Part shown: positions 1 to 9,946 of the stretch, one piece after another
Layout of the letters: every line of letters starts with the position of its first letter
Numbering within the stretch: position 1 is the first letter of the stretch
Origin: Clostridia bacterium
Lineage (GTDB): Bacteria; Bacillota; Clostridia; Christensenellales; UBA1242
Direction: 5' to 3'
Assembly: GCA_017464845.1 (NCBI GenBank)
Contig: JAFTYD010000011.1
Span: 1 to 61,473, forward strand
DNA length: 61,473 bases
Notes under the pieces: generated by a model
What the model saw: the letters and a program-made list of their open reading frames with translations, nothing else
What the model was told of the DNA's origin: nothing
Databases searched by the model: none
Program-made: the position numbers and the translations under genes

Positions 1-1353
1 AGAGATGTAAATACATTTATCTCTTGTTTTGGAGTTTTGTATAGTGGTAATTATTATGCCGATTTAGACTCACAATCTCCTGTTGAGAGATTACAAAAAA
101 TAATTGATACTGTTCAACCTGTTGCAATTATTTGCGATGAAAGTAATAGAGAAATCTTAAAAAATCTTAATTTAAACTGTAAAACTTTATTTATTAAAGA
201 AATTTTAGAAACAACAGAAATAGACGAACAAAGTTTAATAAGTGTTAGAGAAAAAATGATTTCAACAGATCCAATCTATGCCCTATTCACTTCAGGTTCA
301 ACAGGAATTCCTAAAGGAACAATTCTTACTCACATCAATGTAATAAGTTATATTGAATGGTATGTTAAAGCTATGCAAATTGATGAAAACACAATTTTTG
401 CAAGTCAACACCCTTTCTATTTCAGCGCTTCTGTATCAGATGTTTTTGGAACAATAGTTGCTGGTGCAACATTACATATCATACCAAAAAGTTATTTTTC
501 TTTCCCAATTTACCTTGTCGACTTTATGAACAAAAACAAAGTTAATGCAATTTATTGGGTTCCTTCAGCATTAAACATTATTGCAAATATTGATTTATTT
601 AAATATGCAAAGTTTGAATATCTAAATAAAATTATGTTCGCTGGTGAAATTATGCCAAATAAACAATTAAATTATTGGAGAAAACATTTCCCTAACGCAA
701 CGTTTGCTAATTTGTTTGGACCAACAGAAACAACTGATATTTGCACTTATTATGTTGTTGATAGAGAATTTAAAGATGACGAAAGTTTACCAATTGGTAA
801 ACATTGTGACAACTGTGATACATTCATTGTTGATGAAAATGATAAACTTGTTACTGAAGTTGGTGTAATCGGAGAACTCTTAGTAAGAAGTCCTTTTATA
901 GCAAGTGGTTACTATGACAACCCTGAAAAAACCAATGCTGCATTTGTTCAAAACCCACTACACAACCACTACCCTGAAAAAGTTTATAGAACAGGTGATC
1001 TTGTTAAAATAAATGAATTTGGTGAATATCTCTATGCTGGAAGAAAAGATTTTCAAATAAAGCATTTAGGATATAGAATTGAACTAGGTGAGATTGAAAC
1101 ATCTGCCATGGCTATTGAAAAAGTCAACAACGTTGTTTGTCTTTATAATAGCGAAAAAGATTTAATCATTTTGATTTATGAAGGAAAAGTAAATCAATCT
1201 GATATTATCGAACAATTAAAATCTAAAGTTCCATATTATATGGTTCCAAATGTTACTATTAACATAAAACAAATGCCATACAATGCAAATGGAAAAATAG
1301 ATAGAGCATGGTTAAACAAAAACTATGAAACATTAATAAAAAAGGAAGATTAA
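1..1353 (+). CDS. DltA-like amino-acid adenylation domain protein (5'-truncated by window)
   Basis: Frame is open from base 1. Motifs FTSGSTGIPKG, NLFGPTE, YRTGD, GRKDFQIKHLGYRIELGEIE and NGKIDR; lies upstream of ACP and MBOAT genes. Confidence 0.9.
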   Translation, partial: RDVNTFISCFGVLYSGNYYADLDSQSPVERLQKIIDTVQPVAIICDESNREILKNLNLNCKTLFIKEILETTEIDEQSLISVREKMISTDPIYALFTSGSTGIPKGTILTHINVISYIEWYVKAMQIDENTIFASQHPFYFSASVSDVFGTIVAGATLHIIPKSYFSFPIYLVDFMNKNKVNAIYWVPSALNIIANIDLFKYAKFEYLNKIMFAGEIMPNKQLNYWRKHFPNATFANLFGPTETTDICTYYVVDREFKDDESLPIGKHCDNCDTFIVDENDKLVTEVGVIGELLVRSPFIASGYYDNPEKTNAAFVQNPLHNHYPEKVYRTGDLVKINEFGEYLYAGRKDFQIKHLGYRIELGEIETSAMAIEKVNNVVCLYNSEKDLIILIYEGKVNQSDIIEQLKSKVPYYMVPNVTINIKQMPYNANGKIDRAWLNKNYETLIKKED

Positions 1354-1357
1354 AAAA

Positions 1358-1588
1358 ATGGAAAAATTATTAGAAATTTTAAAAGAAATTAAACCTGAAA
1401 TCGATTTCTCAAAAGAAGAAAATTTAATTGAAAGAGAAATCTTAACATCTTTTGATATTATTCGCCTTGTTTCTGAACTTAACAACGAATATGACATTGA
1501 AATTTCTCCACTTTACATAGTACCTGAAAATTTCAAATCTGCACAAGCAATACTTGATTTAGTTACAAAAATTCAAGATGAGGACTAA
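1358..1588 (+). CDS. DltC-like acyl carrier protein
   Basis: 76-aa acidic protein with LTSFDII around the phosphopantetheine Ser and a C-terminal PENF motif typical of DltC-like ACPs. Confidence 0.88.
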   Translation: MEKLLEILKEIKPEIDFSKEENLIEREILTSFDIIRLVSELNNEYDIEISPLYIVPENFKSAQAILDLVTKIQDED

Positions 1589-1594
1589 TAAAAA

Positions 1595-3178
1595 ATGAAT
1601 GATATTTTAACACTTTTAATTTTATTTGGAGTGTTAGTATTTTGTATTTATTATATTGTTCCCAAAAAACATAGATATTTGGTTTTATTAATTTCAAGCA
1701 TAATTTTCTATGCAATTTATAGTAAATTTATGATTTGTTTTATAATTTTAACCATAATATCTATTTATTTTGCTGGAATCTTTATGAATAAACTTGATGA
1801 TAAGTTTACGAAAGAAAAAGAGAGTCTCGAAAAAGAACAAAGAAAAATTTTAAAAGCTAAAATAAAACGTAAAAAACTTTTAATTTTAGTAATTGCAATT
1901 TTATTAAATATATTAATATTAACCCTTCTTAAATACTCAGGTTTTATAGCTTCAATATTTGAAGGTATTTTCTCTTGGTTTAATTTATCAGTTAAATTAC
2001 CAATCTTAAAACTTATGTTACCTCTCGGTATTTCTTATTACACTCTTTCTGCAATCGGTTATATGATAGATGTTTATAGAGGTAAATATCGTGGTGAAAA
2101 AAATTTCTTTAAAGTAGCACTTTTTGTTTCATACTTCCCTCAATTATATGAAGGTCCATTTGCCTCTTATGACAAATTAAGTCCTCAACTTTATGATGGA
2201 AATGATTTTGATTCAAAAAACGCATTTTCAGGATTATTACTTATCGTTTTTGGTGTACTTAAGAAAATTGTAATTGCTGATAGATTAAACATTCTTGTAA
2301 GTGATATTTTTAAAAATTATAACACTTATAATGGTTTAGTCGTTGTACTTGGAGTTATTCTTTTCACCTTCCAATTATATGCAGAATTCTCTGCTGCAAT
2401 TGATATTGCTGTCGGTTCAAGTGAAATGCTTGGAATAAAATTAGCTAAAAACTTTAACCAACCTTTTGTCTCTCAAAGTGTAAATGAATTTTGGAGAAGA
2501 TGGCATATATCTTTAGGTGCATGGTTTAGAGAATATATTTTCTATCCAGTATCAATGTCAAAAGGTATGATGAAATTTAACAAAAAAATTCATGGAAAAG
2601 TTAGCAAATTTTTTGAATTATTTATTACATCTGCTCTCCCATTATTCCTTGTTTGGTTTACAAACGGACTTTGGCATGGAGCAAGTTGGCTCTATGTAAT
2701 TTATGGATTATATTACTATATTCTTATGATGCTTGGAATGGTTGTTGAAAACCTTGGAAACAAATTCTATAAAAAATTTAATATAAACAAAGACAATAAA
2801 GTTTTAGTTTATTTAAGAATTTTTAGAACTTTTGTACTTGTCAATATTGGCATGTTAATTTTCAAGTGTGCATTACTTTCTACATCTCTTTCTGAAACAT
2901 TTAATATATTTGCAAGTATATTCTCTGGTGGAAAATTAAATTTAATTTCTCTTAAAGTTATAGATATTTATGATACTATTTTCTGTGCTTTAGGAATTCT
3001 CACATTACTTGTCATAGATATCTTAAAAGAACACAATATCGATTTAAAAGAAAAAATTTCAAATTCAAATGTTTATGTAAAATTTATTATTCTTTTAATA
3101 ATCATATTAGTTATTATAATCTTCGGTGCATACGGTGATGGTTATATCCCTGCTGACCCAATTTATGGAGGTTTCTAA
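1595..3178 (+). CDS. MBOAT family O-acyltransferase (DltB/AlgI-like)
   Basis: LPLGISYYT, NFNQPF, EFWRRWHISLG and GLWHGA (catalytic His); many TM helices. Confidence 0.93.
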   Translation: MNDILTLLILFGVLVFCIYYIVPKKHRYLVLLISSIIFYAIYSKFMICFIILTIISIYFAGIFMNKLDDKFTKEKESLEKEQRKILKAKIKRKKLLILVIAILLNILILTLLKYSGFIASIFEGIFSWFNLSVKLPILKLMLPLGISYYTLSAIGYMIDVYRGKYRGEKNFFKVALFVSYFPQLYEGPFASYDKLSPQLYDGNDFDSKNAFSGLLLIVFGVLKKIVIADRLNILVSDIFKNYNTYNGLVVVLGVILFTFQLYAEFSAAIDIAVGSSEMLGIKLAKNFNQPFVSQSVNEFWRRWHISLGAWFREYIFYPVSMSKGMMKFNKKIHGKVSKFFELFITSALPLFLVWFTNGLWHGASWLYVIYGLYYYILMMLGMVVENLGNKFYKKFNINKDNKVLVYLRIFRTFVLVNIGMLIFKCALLSTSLSETFNIFASIFSGGKLNLISLKVIDIYDTIFCALGILTLLVIDILKEHNIDLKEKISNSNVYVKFIILLIIILVIIIFGAYGDGYIPADPIYGGF

Positions 3179-4149
3179 TGAACAAAAAAAATATTAAAAG
3201 AATACTTACAATAATAGAATTTGGATTAATTTTTATGCTCCTATATTTTTACATGATGATGGTTTTTATGCCAAAAGATAGTAACGATATGGGTGGACAA
3301 AAATATTATCGTGCAAATGCTTATCAAAATGAAATATCAAATTCTCTTGATGTTATGATGTATGGAAATTCCGATGTATATAGTGGTATATCTCCTATGC
3401 AAATATATCAAGATTACGATATCACTTCTTATAATTGCGCCAATGAAAAAGAAACTGCTAAATCAATGTTAAAACATATAAAAAGAACACTAAAAAAACA
3501 AAAACCAAAAGTTATCGTTATCGATACAGATTGTTTATTTGTTCCTAACGATCCAGATGTTGGTTCTTCAAAATATAGTAATGTTGAATTAAATGCTCCT
3601 GTAAAATATCATGCAAGATGGAAAGAACTTGAACTAAAAGATTTTTACACAATGCCAAATATAAGTAAACATGAAGACCCTTTTAAGGGTTATAAATTTT
3701 CAAAGAAAAAATATAACTACACCTTGAAAGAAAACTATATGCAGGATTTTGATGCAAAACCATTTAAGTTAGAAAAATCTGTTTTAAAAGATGTTAAAAA
3801 AATTAAAAAAATTTGTGATAAAAAACATATTAATTTGTTATTTATAACTATACCTACCCCTATTACTTGGACAAATGCAAAACATAATACTATGACAAAT
3901 TTGTGCGAAGAATTACAAATTGATTATATTGATTTTAATCTTCAAATCGATAATTTTGATTTTGATTATCAAAATTATTTTAGAGATAATGGAAATCACT
4001 TAAATATTTATGGGGCTCAAGAAGTTTCTGATTATTTAGGAAATTATTTAAAATCACATTACAAATTTAACACTCATAAACAAAAGGTTATTAAAGCATG
4101 GGATAAAAATCTTAAATATTATAACAAATATTTAGAGGAAAAACTATGA
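3178..4149 (+). CDS. SGNH-fold DltD/AlgJ-like extracytoplasmic acyltransferase
   Basis: N-terminal TM anchor, GNS(D) block I and DNGNHLN (DxxH-like) motif; start overlaps the MBOAT stop. Confidence 0.75.
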   Translation: MNKKNIKRILTIIEFGLIFMLLYFYMMMVFMPKDSNDMGGQKYYRANAYQNEISNSLDVMMYGNSDVYSGISPMQIYQDYDITSYNCANEKETAKSMLKHIKRTLKKQKPKVIVIDTDCLFVPNDPDVGSSKYSNVELNAPVKYHARWKELELKDFYTMPNISKHEDPFKGYKFSKKKYNYTLKENYMQDFDAKPFKLEKSVLKDVKKIKKICDKKHINLLFITIPTPITWTNAKHNTMTNLCEELQIDYIDFNLQIDNFDFDYQNYFRDNGNHLNIYGAQEVSDYLGNYLKSHYKFNTHKQKVIKAWDKNLKYYNKYLEEKL

Positions 4150-4697
4150 TTTATTATTTTAAAGATATTGAAAATTTAGATAAAAAAATTTTTAATAACT
4201 TAAAAATATATTTACCAAAATCTAGAAAAGAAAAAATTAAAAAAATAACAAATAAAAATCAACAAAATATAAGAATTTTGGAATACTTTTTAATACATAA
4301 ATTTTTAAATTTAAAAGAGTTTGAAGACTTTAAATATACAAAATATGGTAAACCATATTTACCAAATTCAAAACATTTCAACATCTCTCATTGTGAAAAC
4401 TTTTTATGTATATCTTTTGCAGATACCCCAGTTGGTATTGATGTTCAAAAAAAAGTTTCTTACAATGAAAAAATTGCAAAATATATTTGCAACGATTATG
4501 AACTTGAACAACTTAAAAATTCAAATTCAAAAGATATTGATTTAACAAAATTATGGATTAAAAAAGAGAGTTTCATTAAATGTTTAGGAATTGATATAAG
4601 TTTTAATTTAAAAAAACTAGATTACAAAAATTGCACTTTTGAATATTATCAAATAGATGATTATTTTATATGTGAATGTTTAAAAAAAGATGATTAA
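4146..4697 (+). CDS. Sfp-type 4'-phosphopantetheinyl transferase
   Basis: GKPYL, HFNISH, VGIDVQ and WxxKESFIK motifs. Confidence 0.92.
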   Translation: MIYYFKDIENLDKKIFNNLKIYLPKSRKEKIKKITNKNQQNIRILEYFLIHKFLNLKEFEDFKYTKYGKPYLPNSKHFNISHCENFLCISFADTPVGIDVQKKVSYNEKIAKYICNDYELEQLKNSNSKDIDLTKLWIKKESFIKCLGIDISFNLKKLDYKNCTFEYYQIDDYFICECLKKDD

Positions 4698-4713
4698 CTA
4701 AATCATCTTTTTT
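4682..4713. terminator. Bidirectional intrinsic terminator
   Basis: aaaaaagatgatt-aacta-aatcatcttttt hairpin with A/T tracts between convergent genes. Confidence 0.75.
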
Positions 4714-4716
4714 ATT

Positions 4717-5286
4717 TTATTTCATTAAATTTATTCTTTCAACAATCTTTTTAAAAACAGGAACCATTTGCTTATCAACAACAGCAGCTCTTTCTATTAA
4801 ATCTTCAAAAGTAAGCCAGCCTATTCCACTATTTTCATCTTCTAAAATATGTACATTTTCATTCTCTTCTGCTTCAAACAAATATGCCAAATCAAGATGA
4901 ACATGAGCTGGTACATACACACCTCTTTTGTAATGACTATTAACAGTCAAAACATCTACAGAAATCGGTTCTCCTGATAAAACTTTAAAATTTTTTAATG
5001 AAGTTTCTTCCATTGTTTCCTTTTTTGCAACATACAACATATCATCATCTCCATCAGCATGTCCACCAACCCAAGTCCAAGATTTATAGATATTATGAAA
5101 AATACAAAGAACTTTTGTTTTTTGTGGATTAATAATAAATGCAGAACTTGAAAGATGACAAAACATATTTGTTCTATTTAAAATATCTCCCATAATTTCT
5201 TCAGCTTTAATAATATACTCAACATCTTTAGCTTCTTGTTCATTATATGGTTGATATTTTTTTAATAATTCAACTGTTTTACTCAT
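4717..5286 (-). CDS. NUDIX hydrolase
   Basis: Nudix box GGHADGDDDMLYVAKKETMEETS. Confidence 0.9.
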   Translation of the reverse strand: MSKTVELLKKYQPYNEQEAKDVEYIIKAEEIMGDILNRTNMFCHLSSSAFIINPQKTKVLCIFHNIYKSWTWVGGHADGDDDMLYVAKKETMEETSLKNFKVLSGEPISVDVLTVNSHYKRGVYVPAHVHLDLAYLFEAEENENVHILEDENSGIGWLTFEDLIERAAVVDKQMVPVFKKIVERINLMK

Positions 5287-5297
5287 TTTATTTCTCC

Positions 5298-5936
5298 TTA
5301 TTCTAAAACACTTTTGATGTAATTTAAAATATTTTCATCTTTGCAATTCTTGAAAAATTCTTCCTTAAATACATCATAATCAATTGTACTTTTTAAAAAG
5401 TCTTGATCTATTTCTTTTAATATAGTCAACATATCCTTAGTTGTAACAGATTTAACCTTATCTAATATCAATTTATTTTCTTTCTCAGGAATAGCTCTTT
5501 CTTTTGGATAACCATTTCCACCTTTAGTCATCAAAAGTTTATCAAATATTGTTTCAAGTTGCAATTCTGCACCCCAACCAAAACCTTTTGCAAATGGTAA
5601 ACTTACAGCATTTCCATCATTTATTTCTCTAAACATAATAGCATCAGATGAATCAACAATAAGTCCACATAAGACATTTGGAAAAGAATTAAGAGCAAGC
5701 ATAGCACCTTCTCCAGTACCACAACCTGTAACAACAAAATCAACAGTTTTTGTATTTAACAAAATACCTGCTAAAAGTCCATTTTTAACATAAGTTAAAC
5801 TATGAGTATCATCAGCTGAAAACATACCAAAATTTATAACTTCATCTCCGTATTTATTTGCAACTTTACATAAAACATCATAAATCAAATTATTCTTAGC
5901 TGCTTGACTATTTTCATTAATTAACGCAATTCTCAT
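5298..5936 (-). CDS. RpiB/LacA/LacB family sugar isomerase (DhuI-like subfamily)
   Basis: MRIALINENSQAAKN start, TGCGTGEGA and FAKGFGWGAE motifs. Confidence 0.88.
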   Translation of the reverse strand: MRIALINENSQAAKNNLIYDVLCKVANKYGDEVINFGMFSADDTHSLTYVKNGLLAGILLNTKTVDFVVTGCGTGEGAMLALNSFPNVLCGLIVDSSDAIMFREINDGNAVSLPFAKGFGWGAELQLETIFDKLLMTKGGNGYPKERAIPEKENKLILDKVKSVTTKDMLTILKEIDQDFLKSTIDYDVFKEEFFKNCKDENILNYIKSVLE

Positions 5937-6481
5937 TTTTTATTTTCTCCCTTTAAATCTATTTCATAATACAAATATTTTATAAGATTATCCATTACAT
6001 TTATAAGCTTTCCTCCATTTCTTTCAATGGCTTTTTTTGAACCAATATTCTCAGCTCTGCAACCAACTCTAACACAACTTAATCCCATCTCTTTAAAGAT
6101 ATCCAAAAGTAATTTCAACCCTTTTGTTGCATAACCTTTTCGTCTCTCTTTTGGTCTGATTGAATAACCAATATTTCCAGCAAAACTATCATCACAAATC
6201 TTATTTCTAAACTCTCTTAAACAAAAATTTCCAAGAATTTTTTCATCACTTCTTCTAACAAGTAAGTAAGTTGTTGATGGTACTTTTCCTTCTACATCAT
6301 AACCTAAAAAAGGTTGTTTTTCACTCTCTTTATTTAATCTAATTAAATCAGCAAAATCTTTTGCTCTTTCACTTCCTACAAAACCTTTTAAATCACTTCC
6401 TATAACAATAAATTCATTTAAATAATCAAGAATTTTTTCTTTATCATCTTCTTGAATTCTTCTTAAATATAATTCTTCCAA
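5933..6481 (-). CDS. GNAT family N-acetyltransferase (true start likely TTG at 6481)
   Basis: GNIGYSIRPKERRKGYAT and NIGSKKAIERNGG motifs; AGAGGAG RBS precedes the TTG at 6481, so the ORF-track extension to 6751 is probably artefactual. Confidence 0.85.
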   Translation of the reverse strand: MEELYLRRIQEDDKEKILDYLNEFIVIGSDLKGFVGSERAKDFADLIRLNKESEKQPFLGYDVEGKVPSTTYLLVRRSDEKILGNFCLREFRNKICDDSFAGNIGYSIRPKERRKGYATKGLKLLLDIFKEMGLSCVRVGCRAENIGSKKAIERNGGKLINVMDNLIKYLYYEIDLKGENKK

Positions 6482-6677
6482 CTTCTCTCCTCTCTTTATT
6501 TTTATCAACATTTTTAGTATAACATAATAAAATTTATTAAGGCAAATATTTAAATTAAATATAAAAATAAAGAATGATTTAAATAAAATCATTCTCATAT
6601 TAAATCTTGTTGTGTTTTTAATATTTATAAGCTTGCATAATACTTTATATAGTGTATTATGTATATACATAATACCA

Positions 6678-7382
6678 TTAAAGGTATAATGCAATATCAT
6701 TATCTTGTTTTTTCTCCTGTATTTTCCAATGAATAAACCCATATAAATCATTAATAAAAAACACGCAAAAACTTAAAACAGTAGGAAGATATGACCACCC
6801 ACTTTCTACTATTGCCATTGACCAAAGTATAATCAAAATTATATCATTCAACATAAAACCAATAGCATAATACGAACACCTTCTTAACATTAAGTATGAT
6901 GCAACAACTGATGTTATTAATGAAATTGTACTCACTATTAATTGACTTGTATTTAAAGCTTTTAATAAGAAATAAAAACCTATTGTAAGCACAATTGTTG
7001 CAAATGTTAAATATAAATATTCCATACCTTTTATTTTGTTTATTTTTACAAAATTTTCATTTGTTTTACTTTTATTTTTAAACCAAGAAAATATAGAAAA
7101 CAAACTTATCGGCATCATCATAGCAATATAAATAATCGCCTCTCCGTAATACTTTTGAAAATAAGAAACTAAGGCATACAAAATACAAAAAACAATATCA
7201 ATTATCGGAGCTATTGTAAGACCTTTTGCAACAAATAAAACTGACACCACCCCAATTATTGATGTTATAAATGATAGTATATTTTTCTCTTTTTCTATTA
7301 TAAAACAAACCACAATCAGAGATATTCCTATTACTAAAATCAATATTTCAAATATATTCCAATCTTTAAAAAATTTCTTCAT
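6678..7382 (-). CDS. pnuC: PnuC-family nucleoside/vitamin transporter
   Basis: Seven to eight TM helices; AKG, YYGE, LMLRR and NDLYGFIHW motifs of the PnuC family. Confidence 0.82.
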   Translation of the reverse strand: MKKFFKDWNIFEILILVIGISLIVVCFIIEKEKNILSFITSIIGVVSVLFVAKGLTIAPIIDIVFCILYALVSYFQKYYGEAIIYIAMMMPISLFSIFSWFKNKSKTNENFVKINKIKGMEYLYLTFATIVLTIGFYFLLKALNTSQLIVSTISLITSVVASYLMLRRCSYYAIGFMLNDIILIILWSMAIVESGWSYLPTVLSFCVFFINDLYGFIHWKIQEKKQDNDIALYL

Positions 7383-7398
7383 AATCTTTTATTTTAAA

Positions 7399-8370
7399 TC
7401 AAAGCCTCTCATCTAAAATTTTTCTTAATTCTTCTTTTTCACTTTCTATCAAAAATGCCGCATCAAGAGAATTGTATAACAATTCTTTTTTCTCATCTCT
7501 TGTTAATCCAAAATTGTCTTCAAGAATTTTAAACTCTTCTATTAAAGTTGTATCAGAAATATTTTTGTTATCTGTGTTTACAGTAAGTTTCACACCCTTT
7601 TCTAATAACTTTCTAAATGGATATTGCTCGATCCCCTCAACAGCTCTTGTCTGCAAATTGCTTGACGGACAAATCTCTAAATATACATTATTTTTTATTA
7701 ATTTTGAAATAACTTCATCATCTTCAATAGACCTTATACCATGTCCTATTCTTCTTGCTCCAAAATCAATTGCATCACTAACACTCTTTGCACCATCAGC
7801 TTCTCCAGCATGAATTGTAAATGGTATATTCTTTTTACTAGCAATATCAAACAAATCTTTATAATCAATTGTTTTAAATTTTGCTTCAGCACCTGCAAGA
7901 TCTAATCCACCAACACCTTTATTTAGATATTTTTCAGCCAAATTTACCGTTTCAAGATTTTCTTCAAACAAATTATCACCACGCATACAACATAAGATTA
8001 AAGAAGCTTTTATTCTTGATTTTTTAACTCCTTTAATTGCTGATAAAACAACCTGTTCTTGAGTTAACCCATTATCTCTATGCCTTTGAGGTGCAAATCT
8101 AATTTCAGTATAAATTAACCCTTGTTCAGCCAATTCCTCTAATAAATAGTAAACAGCATTTTCAATACCTTTCTCTGTTTGCGTAACTAATCTTGGAACT
8201 GCTGTACATTTCAAATAATCATTTAAACTTTGATTATTTTTAGGAACACTGATAAGTTTTTGCAATTCTTTTTCATCATAAGTTGGAAGAGACACATTTT
8301 CTTCTCTTGCAATTTTTAAAATAACTTGAGTACTCAAAGACCCATTCAAATGCATATGTAAATCAATCAT
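7399..8370 (-). CDS. add: Adenosine deaminase
   Basis: DLHMHLNGS, YTEIRFAP, DLAGAE, HAGE, RIGHG, CPSSN and NTDN motifs. Confidence 0.9.
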   Translation of the reverse strand: MIDLHMHLNGSLSTQVILKIAREENVSLPTYDEKELQKLISVPKNNQSLNDYLKCTAVPRLVTQTEKGIENAVYYLLEELAEQGLIYTEIRFAPQRHRDNGLTQEQVVLSAIKGVKKSRIKASLILCCMRGDNLFEENLETVNLAEKYLNKGVGGLDLAGAEAKFKTIDYKDLFDIASKKNIPFTIHAGEADGAKSVSDAIDFGARRIGHGIRSIEDDEVISKLIKNNVYLEICPSSNLQTRAVEGIEQYPFRKLLEKGVKLTVNTDNKNISDTTLIEEFKILEDNFGLTRDEKKELLYNSLDAAFLIESEKEELRKILDERL

Positions 8371-8382
8371 ATATATCTCTCT

Positions 8383-8883
8383 TTATTTTTTGTAATTAAA
8401 ATTTGTTTTTTCATCATAACTTTTATTATTTAAAAAATTAATTAAGTTTCCCTTTGAAACAAAGAAATTATCAAGTGGAAGTTCTTCTTTTGAAAACCAT
8501 TTAATCATATCACATTTATCTTCTTCTAAATTTCTAGGTTCTCCTTTCCATTTCGTAATAACAAACCCATGATGGTCAAAATGAACATTTTCTGTTGCTA
8601 TACATTGAAAAAAGTTATTCCATTTTACATCTTCAAGTTCAACTTCAATACCAATTTCCTCTTTCAATTCTCTTACAATTGTTTCTTCCATAGTTTCTTG
8701 TTTACATTGAGTTCCACCAACAAGTCCCCATTGCCCACCACCTGATTTATGTTTTGCTCTTAAACCAAGTAAGAAAAAAAGTTTACCATCTTCTTCTTTC
8801 AAAATTATTGCATTACAAGCATTTGTTCTTTCTTCATTTTTTAATGAAACAACATTTAAGTTGTTTTGTTTTCCAAAATCCAT
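8383..8883 (-). CDS. NUDIX hydrolase
   Basis: GGTQCKQETMEETIVRELKEEIG Nudix box. Confidence 0.88.
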   Translation of the reverse strand: MDFGKQNNLNVVSLKNEERTNACNAIILKEEDGKLFFLLGLRAKHKSGGGQWGLVGGTQCKQETMEETIVRELKEEIGIEVELEDVKWNNFFQCIATENVHFDHHGFVITKWKGEPRNLEEDKCDMIKWFSKEELPLDNFFVSKGNLINFLNNKSYDEKTNFNYKK

Positions 8884-8910
8884 ATTTATCTCCTATAGTA
8901 ATGTTTTTAA

Positions 8911-9711
8911 TTAAACAATAAATTTTATATAACATCTATCATCGAAACTAAAATTACCTTCAACCAAACCTTTTGTTGATTTGTTATCTTTATAACACAA
9001 AGGATCAGAAACAAGTACTTCTTTCAAAAATTCTTCTGAAGTTGACAAATTATCAAAAAGTTTTGGATAACCATCAGAAGCAAGCACAACAATATCGCCT
9101 TTTTTAACTTTGTACTTAACAATATTTTTTACATTTATACTTTGACCATTCAAAACAGAATAACCAAATTCACCATCTTTATTTTCAAAATATTGTTGCA
9201 TTTTTAAGAAAGGCATAATAAGATTTCTACCTAAATCTTCTTTCTTTATATCATCAATTGTATAACCATTGTTCAAATAAAATTCCAAAGCAAAACTTCT
9301 CATTTTACTATTAAGCTCATCTATTAATTTTGCATGATCAAAAACTTCATTATTTATCATACATTGCAAATCACCAAACGACCAAATTTCATTATAAAAT
9401 TTACTGTAAATAATTATACCTGCTCTCAAAAATTCATTAACTTCTTCACTTGTTAAAATTTCAGAATACGCTTCATATAAAGCAGAATTTAATTTTAAAA
9501 TAAGATCTTCAGCCGATATATCTTTTTCAATATTTTCAAACAAATTTATAATAATATCTTTTGCATATTCTCCACTAGTTTTTCCATCCCAAAGTTTTTT
9601 CCCTTTTGATGTAACACCATCTACAACAACAATAAAATCATCATCAATATAGTAACCGTCTTCACACTTATCTTGTTTTTTTCCGAAAATAAATTTTTCT
9701 AAAACTTCCAT
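8911..9711 (-). CDS. PP2C/SpoIIE-like metal-dependent phosphatase
   Basis: ED, VVVDGVT, GD, VLASDG and terminal DD motifs; AAGGAG RBS before the ATG at 9711. Confidence 0.7.
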   Translation of the reverse strand: MEVLEKFIFGKKQDKCEDGYYIDDDFIVVVDGVTSKGKKLWDGKTSGEYAKDIIINLFENIEKDISAEDLILKLNSALYEAYSEILTSEEVNEFLRAGIIIYSKFYNEIWSFGDLQCMINNEVFDHAKLIDELNSKMRSFALEFYLNNGYTIDDIKKEDLGRNLIMPFLKMQQYFENKDGEFGYSVLNGQSINVKNIVKYKVKKGDIVVLASDGYPKLFDNLSTSEEFLKEVLVSDPLCYKDNKSTKGLVEGNFSFDDRCYIKFIV

Positions 9712-9907
9712 TTTTTTCTCTCCTTTTTTTGTTATCATAAATATATTTTATAACAAAAACATTATTATTTACAAATAAATTTTATCTATAATTTTTTTAG
9801 TTTTATATACAGTTTATTTTTTAAATAAAATAAAAATAAGAGAAAAAGCATATTTTTTTTATAAAAAATACTTATTTTTTTATGTTTTTTTAATATTTTA
9901 CTTAAAA

Positions 9908-9946
9908 AAATAAAAATCGATAGATAATTTCTATCGATTTTTATTT
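9908..9946 (-). terminator. Intrinsic terminator of the ABC/surface-protein operon
   Basis: aaataaaaatcgataga-taatt-tctatcgatttttattt perfect hairpin next to the stop at 9947. Confidence 0.8.

Noticed and set aside
6482-6751. N-terminal 90-aa extension of the GNAT ORF
   Set aside because: It overlaps pnuC and AT-rich promoter DNA; a good RBS and TTG start exist at 6481.
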